A stretch of DNA of 64,000 nt. Source: Spongospora subterranea f. sp. subterranea. Taxonomy: Eukaryota. The DNA lies in contig JAUGWO010000129.1 in assembly GCA_049724395.1 (NCBI GenBank), forward strand, positions 62,001 through 126,000, in the 5' to 3' direction. The position numbers and the translations under genes are program-made. A model generated the notes under the pieces. It was not told where the DNA came from, made no database searches, and worked only from the letters and a program-made list of their open reading frames with translations. Every line of letters begins with the position of its first letter. Position 1 is the first letter of the stretch. Of this stretch, positions 50,432 to 64,000 are shown piece after piece.

Positions 50432-51344
50432 TCATGGTGACAGCGAGAGATTTGCCCATCGTGTTCGCATCGTGTCTACCTGTACTGCACCGATTGCCTG
50501 ATCTGGGTGGTTCCCAACCCGAGCGAGATGCCCCAGATCACACTGCCCATTGACATCAAGATTATCGCCAAGAAGAAGGAATGGGTAATTTGTGCATTGC
50601 TGATTATCACACACCACATTTACTGGGTGGTCGTCCGCTAGGCTAAAAAATGCACAGCTGTCCATTCCTGTATTGTCGCACCCAAATCTGCATCATTCAT
50701 GGAGTTTCCTTCTGAAATGACCCAACTCAGTATGCTGAATTCGGGTGCTGTTGGTGTAGGCTTGGCTGACTTTGCCTTTGGATAATTAGGGGCATTTGAT
50801 CCATCATATACTTTGATATTGAGTATCCTAGCGCTGACGCGCTCGATATGCAATCAGACGAAGCCCTGCCAAGGCTCAAATCCCTCAGGACACTAATCGT
50901 CGTCGATAGCACATGTGCAGGTGTAAAGAGATAATGTGTCTCAAATGTCATGAGCTTCATTGACCACGGGATGGTGCAGGGGCTAGGCAGATCATGCGAG
51001 ACGATAATCTCAAAGGGTTGCCTTGCGTTGCGCTGAAGAGCAGGCATACGACGTTCTGGAAGGTGGAATCATGTGCTGTGTCGGTGTCGCACGATCTCAA
51101 ATTCGTTTCCAAAATTTGTAGTTTACACATCACGGTCCAGCATTTCTCGGAACCATTGAAGCCATTTACTACTTTATGATTGACTTCTTCGAGAGGACGG
51201 AGGGCCACGCCTATGATGGCAGATACGATGACCTCATGCTTCTATATGTGCATCAATTGCGCCGTGTAGAGACCAGTGTCATCAAGAAACCGCTCGCTTG
51301 GAAAAATTAATAATGACCTCCAATACCACTTTCAAACATAACAT
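50432..51344 (-). CDS. Hypothetical multi-exon gene, uncertain model
   Basis: Successive minus-strand frames can be linked by ~50-nt GT-AG introns (e.g. QEWTA|QCTNYPF). No homolog recognised. Confidence 0.3.
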
Positions 51345-51385
51345 GCCACAATTTGTATTGCTCAACTAAGGCAACAGTATTTCGT

Positions 51386-53721
51386 TCATCGTTTTTTCAT
51401 TTTCTTTTGGCTTATCTGGTGAATTGCGTCTGATGTAGAAATTTTGCGCTTAAGTCCTTTTACGATAGCGGATGATTGCGACATTCCGGCCTCGCTTTGG
51501 CTGCACGAAATCAGGCCATTCTCTATATGGTTTTTGATTTTTGTTGATAGGAAGCGTAGTGAACGCGCGTTTGTTTCCGATTTCAGAATAGAAGCTGCCG
51601 ACTGTTTACGACCACTTGTGATTGCAGTTTCAAGTGTTTCTGCATCATCGTCAACGTGGGTGGTACCTCCAATATTCGATTCACTGTAGGCTTTGTTGAG
51701 CAGCGTTTGCCCTTTGTTATTTTTGATGGCGATTCCGTCCTCAACCAGTGCCTGTATTTGCCCTAACCAAACTAACTTGAAATTACTCACAAAAGTTCGG
51801 TGCAGTTGTTATCTACTTCGAATTTCTTGATAAGAGAGACCTGACTCCCGGAAGAATGCATTGAAAAACCTGTGCGGAGCACTTCCATGAAGAATCAGGC
51901 AAATTTCGAATTGTAGACGCAGCGCTGTGAAACATTTGATCGAACCTCGAATATCATTTACTTGGAAAGACGGATACCTTTTTGGTTATCAAAATCTGGG
52001 GATTTATGTAGCGCAATCAACTTATTCAGTCGGTCTGGAACAGTTTCAGAACAAAATCCACAAAAACCAATCTAAAAATACCCGCTGCTCGAGGCCAAGT
52101 TAATCTGATCTCCTGAGGGGTATATTGAAATACTCCATTTTTCACTGCTGCTAGCAGTTCCTGAATTTCCATGAAAGACATCACTTGTGATGTTTGCTCG
52201 TTGTGGGCGGTGTCAGTTGTTTCATCAGCCTGAGGAAGATGAAACGTTTTAACTATTGCCAATTGATAGATTTCAATACTGACCGGGAGACGGGATTGTG
52301 CTTTTTTCTTATCTTTCACTAAGTCTAGTTAAATTTCAGATTCCAGCCCTCGTTGTCAGCGTACCTGGCTGATTGTCGAGGGACCTGTCTGAGTCATGGC
52401 ATAATTGGTCCTCCGTCTGACTATTCGGAACCAGTTGCAAATTCAAAAAAAACTAGTGGGTCGAACGTTGTACCATTTAGTTTCAGGTTCGATATAGTTA
52501 CATAACGTTACTGATTCGCCGACGCCGATGTTGGCCCCGTATGCTGGATGAACTTTTGGAATGCGCTCGTCGTTACTAGTACATTGACTATACTTAGCAG
52601 CAATTTCAATCTGGACAGATACCGTAAATCATAAACGGGATCAATATCCACTGGTTTACCTCGTCCTCAGCAGGGACCAGACTATGCAACGTTAATTCAT
52701 GATATGGAGTGGCGATGCTCCCGATTGCAACAACTTCTGGTTTACTAAAAAAGCGTAATTCATTATCATCAGAGGCAGGACGAAAATGAAGCGGCTCATA
52801 GTCCTGTAAAACAAAGTGACGCAAATTCATTTTATAGAAGCCTTGCCATAACCTCAGGAGTGACATCTTCACGGTAAAGAAGTTTCATTGAGAACGCTCT
52901 GTATGTATATCAAAGAGAGCTTCAGCGATTTCAACTGCAATCGTTTGACCTGTCTTCAGGAAGTGGAGGCATTGTCCCTCCCATGCTGATTAATGATCTG
53001 ATCACTTATCGACATAAACGATCATGCTGTTGTTTGACGTCATGAAACTAACTAGCAACAGTGGCTTGCGATATTTCACTTTTTGTAGGAACTGTTCTTG
53101 TGACCTGATATGGAGACATGCTGTGAATGAGATCGTTTTTGTTGTTATAGCTGGTACAAGCACTCACCTGCTTTCCTTCCGCCTTGCGAGTCAAAACGAC
53201 GTCATTCTCATGGTAGCGGACCCGGACTACGAACTTGTTAAGAGCAAGCATCTGGTGTTGACAATGATTCCATACAATTATACGTCTCAATAAGGCAGAA
53301 CATGTCTTTTCCCCCAGATTTGAACTTGCCATAAATAGCGAAGACGAGTTCTTCAAGGTACCTGTGCAAGCTGGTCGAAAGCGGGGAACAGCTTGTATCG
53401 GGATAGATTACCTTCGCTCTACTGACGGTAGGCAACCTTGATCTATCCAATCCATCATTTTCCTTGGTTCTGGTTCAGTCGGTTGCAGAGTGTGCACCGT
53501 TATTCCGGAAATTTTTTGTTTCTTGAAGCATTCAGAGGAAAACATTCCCCTCATAAACGCGATACAGGACTGACCAAAAGTCAGCTTCAAGCCGAATCAG
53601 AAATGCAAACACCGTTGTCAAATACTAAGCCGGATCGCAGCAGATTCTTTACTAAGTTTAACGACTGGGTTGCATTGATCTCTTCCGTCTGTATCCTTTG
53701 GAGCTGAGCCTGTTTCGCCAT
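51386..53721 (-). CDS. HOP1: Meiotic HORMA-domain axis protein (Hop1/ASY1/HORMAD), multi-exon
   Basis: QSLNLVKNLLRSGLSCIAFMRGMF, DWIDQG...RRYLEELVFAI, LIETYNF, PLPEDR, DEDVTPEDYEPLHF, GSIATPYH. The C-terminus KRKISTSDAIHQ resembles a closure motif. Confidence 0.9.
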
Positions 53722-54718
53722 CCTGCTTCCAATCTCTTCCTCAACTCAGCCGTCAAGCTTCAAGGACTCTATTTGGCGATTAACCAGGGCGACTACTGAC
53801 AACCAACCTTACTCTCTAATGATGTATTCGGGATAGGGAAGTGCGGTCTGTTATCAGCTGTAGTATAATGTAATGTGGTAATGATGAGAGTAACGGTAAC
53901 TGTAAGTGCAGACAACGACAGGGCAACGTTACCGCTGAATGGCAAACTGGCATGGCCAATAATCAATGGCGTAACAGCAACATCTGTATCTAACAAGTAA
54001 TACGTCGAGTTGATCGTATTACGAAATGGGTGTTCAATGTCAACACACACCAGCTCGTATGCGATGAAAGCAATCAATTCCGAATCACGTGCCTGTACAA
54101 AAATAAAGTGTGGACACATTCGTACTTATTACAAGCTATTGCAGCATCGAAAAATGCAAATCTGTTTGTTGCTTCACATAATTTATACATCAGTCCTATC
54201 ATTGTTTTTATCAAATGCTTTTTATTCAGGTTGCTGTAGATGATTGAGCAGTAAATGTTTAAAATCAAAGTAGACAATAGGCCGATCCAATAGTCGCCCT
54301 CTTGTATCTGGCCTTTCTCAGGGCCCATTCGGATCCTACACTTTCTACGGTTACCTTTCTGCTAGACAGGTTTTTACAGGTCTGCACTCACTCAGTGTAC
54401 CTGTACACGACAGGCAGTGGTGTCTGCCAAGTGCCATGCATGATCAATTGACGAGTCAGTCCAAGTGCGGGGTCCGTCTAATCCGCCAACTGCGACCTGG
54501 AATTCTGCATGTAACATTGTAACCCCTTTAGCTAAATAGGAACCGTTCACCAGTACGTTATTCATATCGAATCCGGCGGTGCCTTGACGCGCGTGCCCAC
54601 TATTCTTGCATTCCAGAGGGCTTTCCAAATATACTGTTTTGCAGGTCTGGGGAACAGCCCCTGATGCTCCCCGAGAAATATTAGTGGGTTACTCTTGGTT
54701 CACTAATTTACAAGTGTC

Positions 54719-57401
54719 ATGACGGCCGAATTTCGTCATCGGCCACTCGGTTCCAGTGAAAATAACACTACCGCACAGTCATCGCAAGTTTCTACGATCG
54801 CAATGAAAAGAGGGTTCGATGAGCATGGACTTGCATTTGACGTGCCATCAACCATGTCGGTCTTCCATGTTCTCGCCTATCCATCGCTTTGGTCTGGCCC
54901 AACATTGATTGTTCTGCTTACGATGCTGTTCAATGTCATAACTGCATTTGCTGTGCCGACTTCTTCAACAACCGCACTGGCAGTGTTCTTTTTCTTTCGA
55001 TTATCCTACAATGTCGGTCTGGGCGTATTACTGCACTATCAAAGTAATTATCGTCTCATATCGAAGTTTGTCACAAAATGCCTTACTCGGCGTGGGAGTA
55101 AATCGTCTCAATTTATTCTCTGGCTTGCACAAGGCAGGATGTCGCATGTTCCTGATTTCAAATCAGTTCAGTACCCCGATTGCTTCAATGCATGGCTTGC
55201 ATTCCGTTTTCTCGTCGACATCGTTTTATGCAATGACGGTCTGTCATATCTAATTCTGGTGTTCAAGTGCTGGACATTGCCAGAACGATTAGGGCTCTTC
55301 GAATGCTTACAGTATCTATTGGGCATTTTACTGGCTCTCTTTAATTATTGGGCGAAGGTTGATGCCCACCGGTGCATTGGCGGTAATGTCGAAAGTTGAC
55401 GTATTGTCCGATACCTTACTAGCTTTTACCTGTAGACTATAGTTGGTATTGGGGAGACAACTTCTTCGTCCTAGATCAGCATCTTACTTTTGACGGGATA
55501 TTTGGTAAACTACTTGGTGTGGGTGTAAGACGACATTGAAAGTATTCTAATAGCACTTGTTCCACATCCCATGTATACTGTTGGGTATGCTTTATATTAT
55601 GGGTTGGCGTTAATATCTCGATCGTGTAAGCTATCCATCTTGGAATTCACTGTGTTTTCTCAGAAATAATTGTTTCTTAGATACGATTCTTATCGCGTCC
55701 CTCATTGCTCACATGCTCCAAATCGGGTTCCTTGTCTTTGTTGAAAATCCACATATTGACAGAACATGTTAGACATTTGGTCCTGCGCAACCCAGCGAAT
55801 CTGATTGCATTACAGATGGCAAGGATGAGGCCCCAATGTCCACCTCTGACACAATTCTTTATGATCCTGTTCAGGGATTGTTTCCAAGCCATTCCGATAT
55901 GCTGCTGTTTCTTCGGTTTGACGTTTTCAGAGCAAACGACCTCGCCTTGATCCTGCTGTCGGTTTACATGATCGCTATCACAATGATGCTGCCGTCGACA
56001 TCAGCATGCATCGCTCATGCTCTTTTTTGGCTCATATTACATTGGCTTGGTATAGGCATAATCCTCCGCCGGCAAAGGTTGTCGCACTCATAATTTACGA
56101 ATCTGCTCTAACTGGTTGTGTTTCAGTGATACAGGTTGGTGGAACAACCATTTTGTGAGTCAAGGACTATCGTTGCATGTCGCCTTTTTGTATGTTGTAG
56201 TTCTGCTGTGGTGTGTCTTTGCAACCTATATCATTGCCGCTTGTATAGGCATTGGAAGACATTATATAATTCAAGCCGAACTTTATATCTAGTCGCTTTT
56301 GTTAGTGATCATATCGTCCATGCTGGGCTGTGTTGATATATTGGCATGTTCTAGGGTATTTGCGCGTTACGCCTAAGCTGGTTTCCTACAACACTTGCTG
56401 ATATTTCGACCGGATGGGTCGCCAACGTTATTGGTGGAATATCATTATTGTTGATTACGCTATACAGCACAGTATCGTCATATCAGGCACTTGGCGATTT
56501 CGGAACCTTTTATGGAGATTTTTTCATCCCTTCAGATTATTATCAACCAAAGACTCGCTACCTGTAGGCAGCATCGTCTCCTCGTTGCTCTACACTTACA
56601 TTTTACAGAGGAATATACCGGTTTTTAAACAATCCAGAATGCGTTACAGGCTACGCTGGGCTTCATGGGTTAGCGTTGATTACTCAGTCTTGGACTGTGT
56701 TTTGGTTAGCTTTAACAGCTCAAGCGCTCAACTTCATTTTCATTCGGATCGTGGAAGTCCCTCATATGGAAAAAATATATGCCGACACGGTTCGTCAGGT
56801 AATTCGACTGTTTTCATTGCAAATACGTCTTTAAGTTATTCGGTAGCACACACCGGCTGAAGAATTAATACGTAATCTTGTTCTTGACAAGATCTCCGAC
56901 GAACTTATTAGTGAAGCCGAGCGTATACAAGAGCGTGCTACTCAAGAAATATTCCTTATCTACAAGCGACTAGCTAACCAGGAGTTCCAGGAAAAAGTGA
57001 CGAGTTACGCCAAAATTTCTTGTCCTGAGACAATCTCTAGTGGGATGCCGTTGAAATGTGTCTGGGTTGCGAACGAACGGCATCGCGCTACTGATTGGAT
57101 CGGTATATATAAGGTTGATGTACCATCTGCTCCAGGATTATCTAGGGGCCGATGGGTTTCCGTTCCGGACACTGATACCTGCTCCGGCGAGGTTGTGTTC
57201 CCAATGGAAAAGATGCCAAAATATCCTGGGGTCTACGAGCTGCGATATCATACTGGCCATTATCAAGTGATTGGCAAGGCAGTGTTCAAGATTTCGTCGC
57301 TAAGGAGATTATCTAAATCTGCCACTGGTATTGAATCGCAAAGCGACAAAGGCAATAATATTCCGACGTTATCTCGCAGCGCGTCCCAACATTCATCATA
57401 A
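54719..57401 (+). CDS. CHO2: Phosphatidylethanolamine N-methyltransferase, Cho2/Pem1 type (two PEMT domains plus a C-terminal Ig/SKICH-like domain)
   Basis: [44 protein letters not shown]...[50 protein letters not shown]. Confidence 0.92.
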
Positions 57402-57527
57402 ATAATGGTCCAGAGTTCTGTGAAGCCAGCTGTGGCTGCTGTATTCGCTAGGGAATGAACTCTTGACGCGATTTATAAAACTGTATTTCGCTGTGCAATG
57501 AGGGATATCAGCGTGTTTTTCTAACAA

Positions 57528-60500
57528 TCATGACCGCTCTAAGGATGCATCATTATAGATACCGTCTATCAGGTTTTGGTACAATTGATGGATACTGACA
57601 CAGATGATTAGCGCAGGCATGGCGTCATTTAAGGTAAACTTACAAAGGGCGACAAACTTTGAGAGAAGGTGTCAGTTCACCACCAAAAACGCTAAAGTCA
57701 ACCGGGAGAATCTTGAACTTTTGCACTTTACATGCATTTGATGTCGCCTAAAGTGATACTAAATTATCAGGCCGAAATGATGGCCATGATCTGCAAACCA
57801 ATCTGTTGGCTCTCTCAACGCCTTCATTGACATATGCTCGCCATTTGTCATCATTAGCTGCCTCACTGACCCTGGTTATTGCAGGATTCACCTGCAGCGC
57901 ATCTCCTTCCAACTGTTCTGACGGGCGCCCATCTTTATCCAATGAGCATTTCAACGTCACTCTGAGTACACTCAACGTTAGTCACCTAGCTTCAATGGTT
58001 CATTACCGATCAGCGCCCCAACAATACGATATTGAACTTGCGTTTGTCTCCGATCATTAGCACATTTGCCAAAGCTGGACACTCTTTCTTGATCGTATTT
58101 TCAATGGGAACTGGTGCCACGTTTTCTCCACCGGATCTGTGAATTGCTCAACATCAGAACCTGCTTCCTGCGTTGATGGGAATGACGGCTTACGTCACGA
58201 TCAGCTCTTTGATTCGCCCTGTTATATAGTAGAACCCGTATTCATCGACTCGCCCGACATCACTGCACAAGACGCCATTCAGGCTGGTCGAACATGATGT
58301 GATATCATTACCTACCCAGAATGAAGATATCCCTCATTATCAATAGCCTCGGCCGTCTTTTCGGGATCGTATAGATACCTGAAATACCCATCAAAAAACA
58401 AAATATGGATTGAACATTTCAAATTGACCCGGCCATCAAATTACGCCCTCGAATTAGAATCTCCCCTGATTGATTAGAGTCAGAATTGAGCCAGAGGTGA
58501 AGACGGAAACCAGGGAACCTTGTCCTGGTGGATCACGACCATCTACATGCTCGAGTTTGACCTCAATTCCAGACATTGGCCGGCCGATGGACCCGGCAAT
58601 ATTGGCCCTGGCCGTGTTGCAATGGGATGCACCAGCGCCTTCCGACATACCATATAGCTCCAGGACGGTCAGGCCAATACTGGCCAGATACTCTAATGTG
58701 TCTTTGGATATTGGCGCTGCACCTGTATATAGAGCACGACATCTGTGCCAGAGAATCGACCAGTTAGATGTTCGTTCAACCCAGTCCAACCGTTTGCCCT
58801 GAAACCTGTCAAATCCCAACTTCTTCCGGATCGGGTTGAACACAAGATGCTTCGGTAGAAATTCCATCCAAGGCGACCGGTGAGATCCGTCTAGTTGGCC
58901 ATTTTTATAACTCTTCAATCCGACTGCTTTTGCCCAGGTGGCTACCGATTTCTTGAATCCGCCTGCTTCTTTTCCGACTTTCTGTATCTGGTCAGCAAAT
59001 TTTTCCTAATGCTATGGTTAATAACGAGCAGGCGCTAGTGCAAATCCACCCTGCACCAACCCAAACACGAGGAACTCCCTAAACAACTACTCGTTATGCA
59101 TTGAATATTTCGATGTCAATCCGAAGGCTTACGAAGAAAAACGTCGGCCGGGCTGCTGCAATGGTCTTCGTCAATGAACCTAGATAGGAGCAATTGCTGG
59201 ATAATTGAAACTCTCAAAAGGTTGGGCACGAGAGACTGACCCTTTAACGCATCTGGCCTAGCGAACCAGACTGTAGCTGGATGATTACCGATAGCTGACA
59301 TCCATATTGGGGCATATACTGACAGCCGATTTCAATATTTAGTGGACGTGAGGTGATCGATGGCAAACGGGACGAGATTTACCGTCAAGTATTTGTGCTG
59401 CAATGTGGCTCAACGGTCTATCGGGATGGTTTGAGAACGATATCGTGAACGTGGGATAAAGGGTCAGCGCGAAAGGAGCTTACAGATAAGAGATGGCGTG
59501 TTCGGGAATCGTGCCGGAATCTTGGAATATTTCCCCAAGGTGGCTGGTCATGAAGTTGATCGCGTCATGAGATACTATAGAGTCACTCCCCCAGTCAACA
59601 CCCAAAGTAAGACATGGCGCTAGTGTGGCGACGCTCTGTTACCCATTGTCGCTTTGGGCACCCCAGTTGTGCCTGATGTGTAAATTAGGGAGCAGATATT
59701 CCCAGGTCGTTGGGACGATATGCGCGATTCTAGAGCGTCATCCAGTGATTTATCGTTATCACTTATTTTCAGGAATTCATCCCATCTGTAGGTCGGTTTG
59801 TATTTCCGGGATTGTTCAAGATCACTATCGCTGATTGTCTGAGCGTCGGAACAGTCAGTTCAGAGTTGGGTTAGATAGATACAGGATCAGTTACTCGGTA
59901 GACGACGAAGGCGCCACATTCGGTCAACTGATCAATCACTTGTATGAACTTGCCAATCTAGAACAGGCGATCTCAATCAATAAGAACAGCTCTACATGAC
60001 TGACATGTGCTAAACCTGATGAAAATCTTCAGCAATTATTATCTTGGCATTGCAGTGCTTAGCGATATATCCTGCCGATTCTGACTCATTGGTCATACTA
60101 GAGGGCATCGAGAAGTTCACTGTTAGAACAGAGCAATCGAGGGGAAATGCGCTAAAACGGGTCATCATCACTCACTAAATTCCAGCAGCTTTAGCGCCAC
60201 ACCATATAGCTCCTAGGCTCGATATCACCCTACAATCCGATCCCAGTTGTATTCAGTTGAGACCAAGGTCTGATCGACAAATCCCGATTACCATTCCGGG
60301 CGATTGAACCCAATAATCGCGACAGATCCGAATATGGGCACTCCCAGACTGATCATGCTCTTGGCGGCTGATCGAATTTCTTGATTGACTTCTGCCCAGG
60401 TCCTGCTGGTCCATTGCAGATCACCATTCTCGTCCTGCAGCGAGACCAATCTTATATTGGCGAATGGCAATCATAGATCATCTGTCAAATTACTGGTTCC

Positions 60501-60756
60501 TCTACGTTGTATGCAGGTTCATTGCCGAATTTATTCACTGCTTGATCCATCCATGACTCGATAATTACGGGAGCAATCGATGCCATACTGAAAACCAAAA
60601 TGATAAGGACTGGATTCATTATGGGCGAAGCGGGTTAGAGGACCCCTTTTCCGATTGGCGAATCGGTAGGCAGCAATCGGGTTTATCGCTCCAGAACTGT
60701 GTCTGATCCGAAGGAGGGCGGATACTGCGATAACGTTGATGCGTCCTGATCGACAT
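57528..60756 (-). CDS. Long-chain fatty acyl-CoA synthetase, bubblegum (ACSBG)-like, copy 1
   Basis: IIGFNRPEW, YTSGTTGVPK, SYLPLSHIAAQ, FARPDALKG, GVPRVWEK, YGMSE, GYLHSGDVG, TGRIKELIVTSGGENVAPVPIE, GGELTPSLK. Confidence 0.93.
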
Positions 60757-61116
60757 GTTGCTGATCGACAGGAATGGGCTGAGGCCGTCCAGCGTAGACG
60801 GTGGATCCTACCGCCAAGCCAATCACAGGTGCAGCGATCATGGTTGTTTTCGGTCCGGTCAAACGGATCAGCCGCCGAGATCTATCTGAGCTTGTGGTGA
60901 TGGGGTAGTACTGGATAATTGGATCACCGACCGGGCACAGAGTCGGATTAGGGGAATCTGGATTCGATCAGTCTCACCGTATTTATCATCCTCAAACAAC
61001 TGGGATTTCAATTCATCGCCATTGTCCAGTTCCGTAAAATTGATTTGACCAGTGTTAAAATGGTTCATTTGTATTTACAGTTTTACACTGTTGGTGAGAG
61101 AAGCAGCCCAGCAAAA

Positions 61117-64000
61117 TCAAGGACTGGGCAGATCCGATTCGCTGTACATCTTATCGATTAGCTCTTTGTATTTCGACAGGATCCTGTGAATCGGTTGTCA
61201 AAACCCGGGGAATACAGGAACAGGTTGGGATTTTACAGCGGTCGACAGAGCTTGAGATTTACCGTTAGCTCACCACCAGATACGCTCAACTCAACAGGCA
61301 ATATCCTAAATAGCTGAACCTCACATGCTGCCACAGGTGCCTGATGGAGTGAACACATTTAAAACCCGATTTCATTGTTCATTCACCACTTTCGCTGTTC
61401 CATACTTTTTCGTTGGCGCGCTCGATCCCGGATCGAATGTAGTCACTCCATTGTGTGTCGTTGATTGCCTGTTCGACCGTGGTGATTGCTGGATTCACCA
61501 ACAGAGCTGGTCCATATAATTGTGATGTTGGTCGGCCATCACTTGCAAGATCACACTTGAGGGTCACCCTATTTTCCTGTAGGTTAGCCGGCGCCCTCAA
61601 GCACAAGTGACGCCCTAGCACTGACAAGACAGAGATAAGCCGACGATTATCTCCGATCAGAATGACGTTGGAAAGTGCTGGACACTCCTTCTTGATTTCC
61701 ATCTCGATTGGGAGCGGGGCGATGTTTCGTCCATGGGCACTGAGAACAAGCACAGTCGCCTCAGATCATCTCCATCGTCAAGGTCAATTGAAATATTCCA
61801 CTATTACGTGACGATGAAGTTCCTTGATCCGGCCAGTGATGTAGTAGAACCCAATACTATCAACTCTACCGACGTCCCTGATACAATTCATGACCGATCA
61901 GAACCCACCTCATTCTCCCCAATTGATTCAGAATACCCTGTATGGAGGAAACCTTCTGTATCAATTGCTTGGGCGCTTTTCTTGGGGTCATACAGATAAC
62001 TAAACAAATGATCATGATGTCGACCGCCAAACAACCCTAAATGACGACTCGTTTTACCCGGACATGATATTCCTTCCACGAATCAAAATCTCCCCTGAAT
62101 TAAGGGTCCAGAATAAGAGATCGATCAATTAAAACAACGAAGATCTAACCTTCCCCTGGTTGATCGCGATCTGGCACATGTTCTAGCTTGACCTCCACCC
62201 CTGGCAATGCCCGCCCAACCGAGCCAACGGCATACTCAGTTCGTGAGTTGAACATGCAAGCGCCAAGGCATTCCGACATCCCATACGCGTCGCACAGATA
62301 TAGTCCAAACTCGGCCAGATGTTGCAATGTGGTCAAGGGCATTGGCGCCGCCCCTGTACCAAACAATCGACATCTGGCCCAGCCACTCAGCAATTCTGGT
62401 GCCTTCACCGCCAAACGGCTATTTCCTGACCTATCGAACCCGAGGGCTGCCCGAATCTTTGAGAACACCAAGTTTCTGGCCAGGAACTCACCCCATGGTG
62501 CAACATGGCTTCCGTTGACCTGCCCGCTTTGAAATGTCGCCAATCCAATCGGTTTCGCCCAATTGAGCATTGCTTGGCTGAATAGACTGCTACCTTGGCT
62601 TGCCACCTCGATCTTATCTGCGATTTTTTCCTGGATATAGTTGATGAAGACGGTAAGATCGTCGAGACAAATCTGTTTACCCAAACACGGGGAACGCCCT
62701 AATTAAGACATGAGCAATCGGTTTCGAATGAAAAAGATCAACTGATCTTACGTAGAAGATTGTGGGTCGAACAGCAGTAATGGTATTTGCTAAAGACCCT
62801 TTCAGATTGCGAAGTGAAATAGATTCAAAGGTTAGCGAATGATGATAATGGGGAACGGCCGTAATTCACCTCTTAGAACATCGGGCCTAGCGAACCAGAC
62901 TGTCGCTGGATAGTCGTCCAGTGCTGCGATCTTTAAGGGGAAGAACACTGTGCGAGGGAGTATTGATTAGGGGTTATTACTGTCGACTGATCATCAGCCC
63001 AATGGCCAGATTACCATCCAAAAGCTGGGCAGTGATATTGCACAATGGTCTGCACAACAGAACGTGTGAGTGCAGTTATGATGGCGACAGTTGTGGGGGT
63101 GTTTACAGATATGATATCATATGCTCAACAGCGTGAAGGCCAGCGAGAACAACTGAGTTTTGTCGCGCCATGAACATGACGGCATCATGAGAGACTGGTA
63201 CAGATCATGGTCAATAGCTGGAAGGAACAAAGGGGTCCCAGGGCCGAACTCATGACGGCTTTAGGAGGTCCAGTTGTCCCAGATGTGTAGACCAATGAGC
63301 AGACGTTCCCTGGTTCCTGACATTCCGTTGACGCGTTCAACGCCGCATCTAACTCGATATTGTTCTCTCCCAACTTCATGAACTCATCCCACCTGTAGGT
63401 CGGCCTGTGCTTTCTTGATTCGGCAATGTCTTTATCGGTAATTGCCTGACCACCATGATATTATCACTCACTGTCGATCATCGACAACGAAACAACTAAC
63501 TTGATAGACAATGAACACTTCACATTCATCTATCTGGTCAATCACATTGATGAACTTCTGTATCTGCATTCACGTTTTTGAGAAGCTCAACAAAATATTG
63601 GAATGAAACAACAGTTCGATGAGACCTGGGTGAAGTTTTCAGCGATGATAATCTTCGCTCTGCAGTGTCTGGCGACATATGCACATGCTTCTGGCTCGCT
63701 AGATGGACTGTAGAATATAATGTGACGAAAACCAGGAATCGTGGGTCATACTCCAAGCCTTACTAGATTCCGGCAGCTTTAGCACCGCACCATATTGCGG
63801 CCAGGTAAGAGATAACCCTTCAGAGAAACCAATGAGAAAATTCGGGAAGAGCGTGAGATGCTATTTCGCCATACCATTCTGGGCGGTTAGCTCCGATAAT
63901 CGATATCGACCCAAACCTGGATAGACCAACACTGATCATACTCTTAGCCAGAGCTCTGACCTGATTATTTACAGAACTCCATGAGATTGTCCTCCACTTC
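61117..64000 (-). CDS. ACSBG-like acyl-CoA synthetase, copy 2; 5' end outside the window; apparent 1-bp frameshift near 61817
   Basis: YTSGTTGPPK, GVPRVW, YGMSE, GFLHTGDVG. Intron positions largely shared with copy 1. GRIKEL is followed by an extra base. Confidence 0.85.

Noticed and set aside
53790..54630. Possible spliced minus-strand gene between HOP1 and CHO2
   Set aside because: I could not build a consistent stop-free model or recognise a domain. Left unresolved.

Overview
Eukaryotic nuclear DNA with dense genes split by many short (~45-60 nt) GT-AG introns. This is compatible with a compact protist genome such as a plasmodiophorid (inference only, not verified). Spliced genes I can recognise: a CASD1-type O-acetyltransferase (cut off at the window start), bifunctional P5CS, a C-terminal Myb/TRF-like protein, a small signal-peptide protein ending in HDDL, a half-size ABCA transporter, NAD kinase, SIW14-type phosphatase, a DDA1-like protein, MSH4, TRM2A, HOP1/ASY1, CHO2-type PE methyltransferase and two tandem bubblegum-type acyl-CoA synthetases. 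Mitochondrial mS33 and an F-box-like gene are intronless. Between the gene blocks lie decayed-transposon islands at about 3.4-16.8, 23-25, 33-36.6 and 42.5-46.7 kb (Ty3/gypsy, Ty1/copia, PIF/Harbinger, hAT, DD39D mariner). Main observations: repeated local fold-back rearrangements of TE and gene sequence, including a ~3.6 kb tail-to-tail Harbinger-like dimer ending ~40 bp from the mS33 start; a triplicated orphan membrane-protein locus; two intact meiosis-specific genes; and an apparent frameshift in the second acyl-CoA synthetase. I saw no rRNA, tRNA, CRISPR array or clearly novel multi-gene system. Exon boundaries were read by eye, and TE boundaries are approximate.
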